This document shows positions 49,401 through 64,000 of a DNA stretch of 64,000 bases, piece after piece. Numbering within the stretch: the first letter of the stretch is position 1; each line of letters begins with the position of its first letter. The notes under the pieces were generated by a model that did not search any database, had not been told where the DNA came from, and saw only the letters and a program-made list of their open reading frames with translations. The position numbers and the translations under genes were made by a program. This DNA is from Deinococcus sp. Lineage in GTDB: Bacteria; Deinococcota; Deinococci; Deinococcales; Deinococcaceae. The stretch lies in the NCBI GenBank assembly GCA_965261005.1, contig OZ253375.1, positions 1,920,001-1,984,000 on the forward strand. Direction: 5' to 3'.

Positions 49401-51926
49401 TTAATCGCCAAAAATCGCTGTTTCAAGTTCTTTAAATACGCACATGCCTGGCGTAATCAATAGACCTCTTGCGAAAGTCGTGGGTTAAGCTCAAGGGGTG
49501 GAGCGAGATCGCCTGAGACGGACACTGAAGATGAACCGCAAGCAGTTCCGCCGACGCACCGGGGTGTATCCCGAAACCTTCGCCCAGATGGAAGCGGTGC
49601 TGATCGAGCGAGAAGGACAGAAGAAGAAATCTGGTCGTCCAGCCGCGCTCAGGGTGGCTGAACAACTTCTGATGACACTGGAATTCTGGCGCGAGTACCG
49701 CACCTTCGCGCACCTGGGTGACGACTGGGGCGTCCATGAGACCACGGTGCACCGCACGGTGGAACGTGTCGAAGAAGCCCTGATCGCCAGCCAGCAGTTC
49801 CAGATGCCTAGAAAGCGCGTGTTCCAGCAAGCGCAGACGGTCTACAGCATCGTGGCCGTCGATGCGTCCGAAGTGCCGTGTGAACGACCCAAAAAAAGCA
49901 GCGCCGCTGGTACAGCGGCAAGAAGAAGCGGCACACCTTGAAGTTCCAAGTCCTGATCTGTACCGTGACTCAGCACATCCTGGGCACGGCGACGAGTGCT
50001 GGAGCCATCCATGATCTCAAGCTGTTTCGGCAGTCTGGGGTACGGTTTCCTCATGACACGGCCCTGATCGGGGATGCGGGGTATCAGGGTTTGTGGAGAA
50101 GCCACGGGCACGCCATCACCACGCATAAGGCGACCAAGTCCAAGCCGTTGACCAAAGAGCAGCGTCGAGAAAACCGGGTGCTGGCCTATACCCGCCAAGG
50201 AATCGAACACGTCATCCGTCGCATGAAGGTCTTTCGGGTGCTCAAGGGCGTCTACCGACATCGGCGGCGTCGCTTTGCCCTTCGGGTTCAGCTCATCGCC
50301 GCCCTCTGTAACCTTACCCGCGCCCAACCCTCCTGACTTTCGCAAGAGGTCTAATGGAGCTAAGGTAAACTCGCAAAATGCTTCTTTAGTATTACCTGCT
50401 TGCTTTAATTTGAGTTCGTTTTTTACATGTACAAATAGTGAACCGGATATTGACTTTACATCGTCATCAGTCTTACCTTCTAACGTAATTTTCTGTAGCA
50501 ACTCACTTTTCTTTTGTAAAAACCCATTTACACATTCTATTCTTCCGGAAGTCACGCACAGTTTCTCTATTACTTCATCGTCCCATAGATAATTCTCAAT
50601 GTCACGACGTCCAAGTACTCTACTATCTTGTTTCTTCAAATGCTCGACTTCTATTGGGCTTCTATCATCTAAATCGTATAGACTGAAGGTTTTTATTGAA
50701 TCAAGAATTTGATTCAATGCCATAGTTAATTTTATAGAGTCTGTCTCTACCTGGTTGTTCCCACCTAAAGAGATAAAAGCCACATCTGGATATGTTTCTC
50801 CAAAAATTATCCTATATATTTTAGCATCGAATTCCATGTTTTTCCCAGTCGGTTTAGATATAGGTGCGCCTTCACAAAACACTATTTGGGAGGGTGCTAC
50901 GAGTTCAGCAAGATCATCCAATGCTACTGCGAAGGTTTTTTTCCAAAACTGCTTATTTATCCTTTCCGGCTTCAGAATTACCTGAGAATCGAAATCTTTG
51001 TCTCCAAAATCTAAAAAAACAACCTTTTCAGGAAACTCTTTATATAATATTAACGCCTCGCGCATCATACCAATTGAGTGAGTAGCTATCCACAGTTGGC
51101 AGTTTTCGGGAACTAATTTATACAATTCTCGTAATAACGCAGCTTGAATTCGTGTACTCATATGAGTTTCCGGCTCGTCTACACAGTATACTGTGTTATT
51201 GTAGAAATCTCGTTTTATAACAAAGTCCAATATTAAATCAAATGCTGCTTTCTCGCCTGCTGACAAATTGATGTATTTATACTCAACACTCATACCTTTT
51301 TTGAATAAAAAGGTTCCATCTGAAAATGGATTTCCAAGACTTTCTAAAGTCAAATCCTCAAAAACGTTTCGCATTGACTCTCTTATAATAGATAGCTGCC
51401 TTTCTCTAATCTCAAATTTAGTCATTGAATCGTTATTCGTGTTGTACAACTCTCTTACGGCCTCGCCTACCATTCTCTTATAGTTTCCAGATACCTTACT
51501 CTCATTATTTATTATCAAACTCGGATTTTTTCTTTCGTCAAAAGCACTTTCTACAGGACCAATATTACTAAGAGAGAACTGAGCTTCATTTCTATAAGCT
51601 GTACGTACATAGAATAATTTTAAAGCTTCTTCACTATCGTCATACACATTTGGAGATTCATCGTGAAATTTGAATGTAATCTTGTTAAACTGCTCTTGAT
51701 ATGAACGTGGTAGATTGAAACTACCTACCTTAGCGTGATAATCAGCGAGAAAGCTTCCCGTTCTCATTGCTCTTTGCCAAAAGTTAAATCCTTCAAACAG
51801 TGAAGATTTACCGCTTCCGTTGGGGCCTACTAAGACAACTAACTTTGTTTCTACTGGTATATCTGTAATGGTCAAATCCGTAAATCTTTTGAAATCTAAC
51901 ATCCTAATTTCTTGTACTCTTGCCAT
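49401..51926 (-). pseudogene. Low-GC ABC/AAA ATPase plus TOPRIM-like protein (OLD-like, putative defence), interrupted near the C-terminus by IS5 copy 2
   Basis: GPNGSGKS, LSAGEK, VDEPETH, IATHS, VFCEG, DLDD; native end LITPGMCVFKELETAIFGD* at 49461-49401. Confidence 0.75.
49462..50352 (+). mobile_element. IS5-family insertion sequence, copy 2, 891 bp
   Basis: Same TIRs as copy 1; AAT target duplication; A7G at 49891-49898. Confidence 0.92.
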
Positions 51927-51976
51927 TTTTACTTCCTTCTGGGGTGAGTTTAGTCATGCTCCTCAAATTCCAATTC

Positions 51977-59857
<7,881 letters not shown>

Positions 59858-59943
59858 GAGGGCTTCTCCTGTGGGGAAGAAAAGATCGGGGCCACACGCG
59901 TGGACGCGCGGCGCAGGGTTCACCGGATTGTTCTGGCCGCACT

Positions 59944-59990
59944 GTACTACATCTGGGGGGCGACGCCAAGCCAGGTACAAGATATGGACT
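59944..59990. promoter_or_regulatory. Tandem NrdR-box-like sites upstream of nrdJ
   Basis: GTACTACATCTGGGGG and GTACAAGATATGGACT, 31 bp apart. Confidence 0.65.
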
Positions 59991-60084
59991 TAAGGCCGTG
60001 CGGGAATGCGCCATTAGAACACGCGACCCGTGGAGGCGCAAGGTGAAACTTGGCGCTAGGCTGAAGCGTTCAAAGGGGGCGGGT

Positions 60085-62427
60085 ATGCGCGTGGCGTGGC
60101 GAATTGTGGGCGGGATTTTGGGACTGATCGTGTTGGCGCTGCTTGGGCTGTTCGTCTGGCTGTGGTTCTCGACCCGGCCACAATTGACTGGAACGGCCGA
60201 GCTGCGCGGCCTGACCGGAACCGTGAGCGTCACGCGCGACCGCTGGGGCGTGCCGCATATCGTCGCGCGGGCCAGCGACGCGGACGCCCTGTTCGCGCTG
60301 GGCTACGTCCACGCCCAGGACCGGCTGTGGCAGATGGAGTTTCAGCGCCGCGTCGCGCGCGGGCAGCTGAGCGAGGTGCTGGGATCGGCGGCGCTGGAGC
60401 AGGACAAATTCCTGCGGACCTGGGGCTTTTACCGGGCGGCCGAGCGAGCTTTGCCGGCCCTGAGCGCGCGGACGCGGGGATTGCTCTCGGCTTACACGGC
60501 GGGCGTGAACGCGGGCGTAGAAGCCGGCAAGCTGCCGCTGGAGTTCCGCGTTTTGGGTTTCAAGCCGGGCCGCTGGACCGACGTGGACTCAGTCGCGTGG
60601 CAAAAGCTGATGGCCTTCGACCTCGGCGGCAACTGGGACCAGGAACTGAACGCGCGCCGCATCGTGGACAAGTTGGGCGCGGGCGAGCTGGACACGCTGT
60701 ACCCCCCTTACCCGGCGGGGGCGCCCACCATCCTGAGCGCGCGTGACTTGAGAAAGCAGGATTTCAGCGCGCCGGACTCAGGGGCCGTCCTCTCCCCCGC
60801 CACCCGCGCGGTTCTCTCGCGTCAGGCCGCCGTGGTCGCCAGCCTGGGCTTCGCGCCCGCCCCCGACAAGGGAAGCAACGACTGGGTGGTGTCGGGCCGC
60901 TTCACGGGGAGCGGCAAGCCGCTGCTGGCCGACGACCCGCACCTGGGCTTGCAGGCGCCCATGCTGTGGTATCTGGCCGAGCTGCGCGGGCCGACGCTGC
61001 ACGTCATCGGCGCGACCATTCCGGGGTTGCCAGGGGTGGTGATCGGGCGCAACGACCGGGTCGCTTGGGGCGTGACCAACACCGGGCCGGACGTGCAGGA
61101 CTTGTACCTGGAGCCGCCGGGGAGCGTTTTCAAGACCCGCACCGAGGTCATCAAGGTGAAGGGGCAACCGGACACGCGGCTGACGGTACGGGGGAGCCGC
61201 CACGGCCCGATTATTACGGGGACCGGCGGCGTGAACGTGCAGAACGTGGCGCTGCGCTGGACGGCCCTCGATCCCGGCGACACGACGCTGGACGCCTTTT
61301 TGGGGCTGAATTACGCGCGGAACTGGGGGGACTTCACGACCGCCCTACAAAAGTATGTGACGCCCATGCAGAACTTCGTGTACGCCGACGTGGACGGCAA
61401 CATCGGCTACTACGCGCCCGGCCGGGTGCCCATCCGGCGCGGCTGGAGCGGCGAGCTGCCCGTCTCCGGCGACGGAGAACATGAGTGGGCCGGCTTCATC
61501 CCCTTCGATCAGCTGCCGCACGTCTACAACCCGCCGGAGGGCCTGATCGTGACCGCCAACAACAGGGCGGTGCCGGACAGCTACCCCTATCAGCTGACCA
61601 ACCCGGCCGGCTGGGCGCCCCCCTACCGCGCCGAGCGCATTCTGGAACTATTAAAGGGCAAGACCGGCCTGACCGCGCGGGATATGGCCGCCGTGCAGGG
61701 GGACACCCTCAGCCTGCTGTGGCGGGACTTGAAACCGGCCCTGCTGGCGACCGAGCCGCAGGACGGGCGCGACGGAAAGGCGCTGGACATCTTGCGCGCT
61801 TGGGACGGGCGGCAGGACCTGGACTCGGTCAGCAGCTCCATCTTCGCCGCCTGGTACTCGCGCTTGGCGGGGATGGCGAGCGACGAGCTAGGACAAAGCG
61901 GCCCTTGGAACGAGCCTCTGTTTATCGCGGGGCAGCTTAAAAAGGACGGCAAATACTGCAAGAACGCTCAGGCGAAGATTCCCGGCTGCGCCGCCCTGCT
62001 GAGCGAGACGCTGCACGCGGCGGTCGGGGAGCTGAGCGGCCGATTGGGACAGGACGTGAGCGCCTGGCGCTGGGACAAGCTGCACCGCGCCGCCAGCAAG
62101 CACGGCGCGTTTGGCGGCGTGAGGGCGCTGGCCTGGATTTGGAACCGCTCGGTCGCCTCACCGGGCGGGCTGTACACCGTGAACGTCGGCAGCTACGACC
62201 TGAACAGCTTCGTGCAGGACCACGGCCCCAGCTACCGGCAGGTCGTGGACCTCGCGGAGCCGGACGCCGGCCGCTTCATGGGCACGCTGGGCCAGTCGGG
62301 GAATCCCCTCAGCGCCCACTACGCCGACCAGCAGGCGCTGTGGCAGCGCGGCGGGTCGCTGCCCATGAGCACCAAAGCGCGGGACTGGGGCCGCGTCAGC
62401 GTGTTGGAGCTGACGCCGGCGCGCTGA
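60085..62427 (+). CDS. Penicillin acylase-family Ntn hydrolase
   Basis: RDRWGVPHI, HAQDRLWQM, GSNDWVV, DPHL, GQSG. Confidence 0.92.
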   Translation: MRVAWRIVGGILGLIVLALLGLFVWLWFSTRPQLTGTAELRGLTGTVSVTRDRWGVPHIVARASDADALFALGYVHAQDRLWQMEFQRRVARGQLSEVLGSAALEQDKFLRTWGFYRAAERALPALSARTRGLLSAYTAGVNAGVEAGKLPLEFRVLGFKPGRWTDVDSVAWQKLMAFDLGGNWDQELNARRIVDKLGAGELDTLYPPYPAGAPTILSARDLRKQDFSAPDSGAVLSPATRAVLSRQAAVVASLGFAPAPDKGSNDWVVSGRFTGSGKPLLADDPHLGLQAPMLWYLAELRGPTLHVIGATIPGLPGVVIGRNDRVAWGVTNTGPDVQDLYLEPPGSVFKTRTEVIKVKGQPDTRLTVRGSRHGPIITGTGGVNVQNVALRWTALDPGDTTLDAFLGLNYARNWGDFTTALQKYVTPMQNFVYADVDGNIGYYAPGRVPIRRGWSGELPVSGDGEHEWAGFIPFDQLPHVYNPPEGLIVTANNRAVPDSYPYQLTNPAGWAPPYRAERILELLKGKTGLTARDMAAVQGDTLSLLWRDLKPALLATEPQDGRDGKALDILRAWDGRQDLDSVSSSIFAAWYSRLAGMASDELGQSGPWNEPLFIAGQLKKDGKYCKNAQAKIPGCAALLSETLHAAVGELSGRLGQDVSAWRWDKLHRAASKHGAFGGVRALAWIWNRSVASPGGLYTVNVGSYDLNSFVQDHGPSYRQVVDLAEPDAGRFMGTLGQSGNPLSAHYADQQALWQRGGSLPMSTKARDWGRVSVLELTPAR

Positions 62428-63070
62428 GCCATTCGAGCGCCTCCAGGACCGGGGCGAGCTTTTCCGGGGCGTCCAAGCGGCCCAGCCGCGCCTCGTGGGC
62501 GCGCAGCTGGGCCAGCAGCAAGGGGTCTTGGCGGGCGAGCAAATGTGGTCCCCAGGCCAGGGCCAGGTCGGGCGGCAAGCCGGTATAGGCCGGGTCCGGC
62601 CCCGCAGCCCTGGTCAGCTGCACCACGCCGTAGGTCCAGAAGCCGGGGGCCAGCGCCTCTTCCGTCAGGTGGTAGCCGCTTTTCGCCGCCCAGGCACGCA
62701 GCGGAACCGCCGTATCGTTGGGTTGCAGGACCAGCTGAGGCGGCAAGCCCTCCCCCGCCCGGTTCAGAATGCCCAGGATGGTCCGGGCGCCCAAACCGGT
62801 CAGGCTGGCACTCTCGACCTCACCCCGTTGGATAGGGGCGAATCCATCCCCGAGGCGGACTTCAACTTGGCGGGACAAACCGGCGCGCTCGACGCTGGCG
62901 CGCGCCACCTCGCGGGGGCCGGGGGTCTTTTCTATAATCAACACCCGCTTCACCCGGCCTTCTGCGAGCAGGGCGACGGGCAGCCGGGCGTGGTCGCTTC
63001 CGATGTCGGCGTGGGTGTCGGCCTGGACAAACTCCAGCGCGGCTCGCAAACGGGCGTCCAGCTTCGGCAC
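62396..63070 (-). CDS. trmK: tRNA (adenine22-N1)-methyltransferase
   Basis: ADIGSDHARLP, RLGDGF, LVLQPN. Confidence 0.85.
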   Translation of the reverse strand: MPKLDARLRAALEFVQADTHADIGSDHARLPVALLAEGRVKRVLIIEKTPGPREVARASVERAGLSRQVEVRLGDGFAPIQRGEVESASLTGLGARTILGILNRAGEGLPPQLVLQPNDTAVPLRAWAAKSGYHLTEEALAPGFWTYGVVQLTRAAGPDPAYTGLPPDLALAWGPHLLARQDPLLLAQLRAHEARLGRLDAPEKLAPVLEALEWLSAPASAPTR

Positions 63071-63193
63071 GCTTCAGGCTAGCGCGGTTCCTTTTGAGCG
63101 GCTAGAATGGCCTTCATGCCGTTCGCCCCCGCCTATTCGAGCCGCCGCCAGGTGGACGGCTAGGCTTTGGCCCATCGTTCGGACTTCGGCGGC

Positions 63194-63218
63194 GCGCTCA
63201 AGGGAGCGCGCTTTTTTT
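63194..63218 (+). terminator. Terminator-like hairpin in the tyrS leader
   Basis: GCGCGCTC-AAGG-GAGCGCGC-TTTTTTT. Confidence 0.6.
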
Positions 63219-63239
63219 GTACTTGTCTTGTGGACCTAA

Positions 63240-64000
<761 letters not shown>

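Noticed and set aside
49842..50352. C-terminal ~170 aa of the 694-aa ORF
   Set aside because: Read-through into the IS5 element; the native end lies at 49401-49461.

Overview
High-GC bacterial chromosomal window. Gene content, leaderless promoters and intergenic repeat families suggest Deinococcus or a relative (inference). Housekeeping and metabolic genes: murQ, sugar kinase, peptide ABC transporter, truA, GH13 glucosidase, XPB/Bax1 pair, MFS/LacI, MarR/DMT, phnDCE, sthA, class II RNR, penicillin acylase, trmK, tyrS. Accessory structure: (1) a decayed island at tRNA-Lys(CTT) carrying a lipase toxin followed by three alternative toxin C-terminus/immunity cassettes and a single-chain R-M enzyme; (2) an IS110 element whose bridge-RNA guides, core and circle-junction promoter can all be read from the sequence, and which targets a host intergenic repeat; (3) a five-gene DUF11 operon behind a c-di-GMP-II riboswitch, whose domain ends suggest a donor-hairpin, possibly isopeptide-linked filament; (4) five copies of a 61-bp promoter-plus-terminator unit that bracket single genes and a catalytically dead tyrosine-recombinase domain, apparently one array split by a ~22-kb inversion; (5) an nrdJ gene with four inteins; (6) two IS5-family copies and a 229-bp MITE. 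Product calls rest on motif recognition only; no database searches were run.
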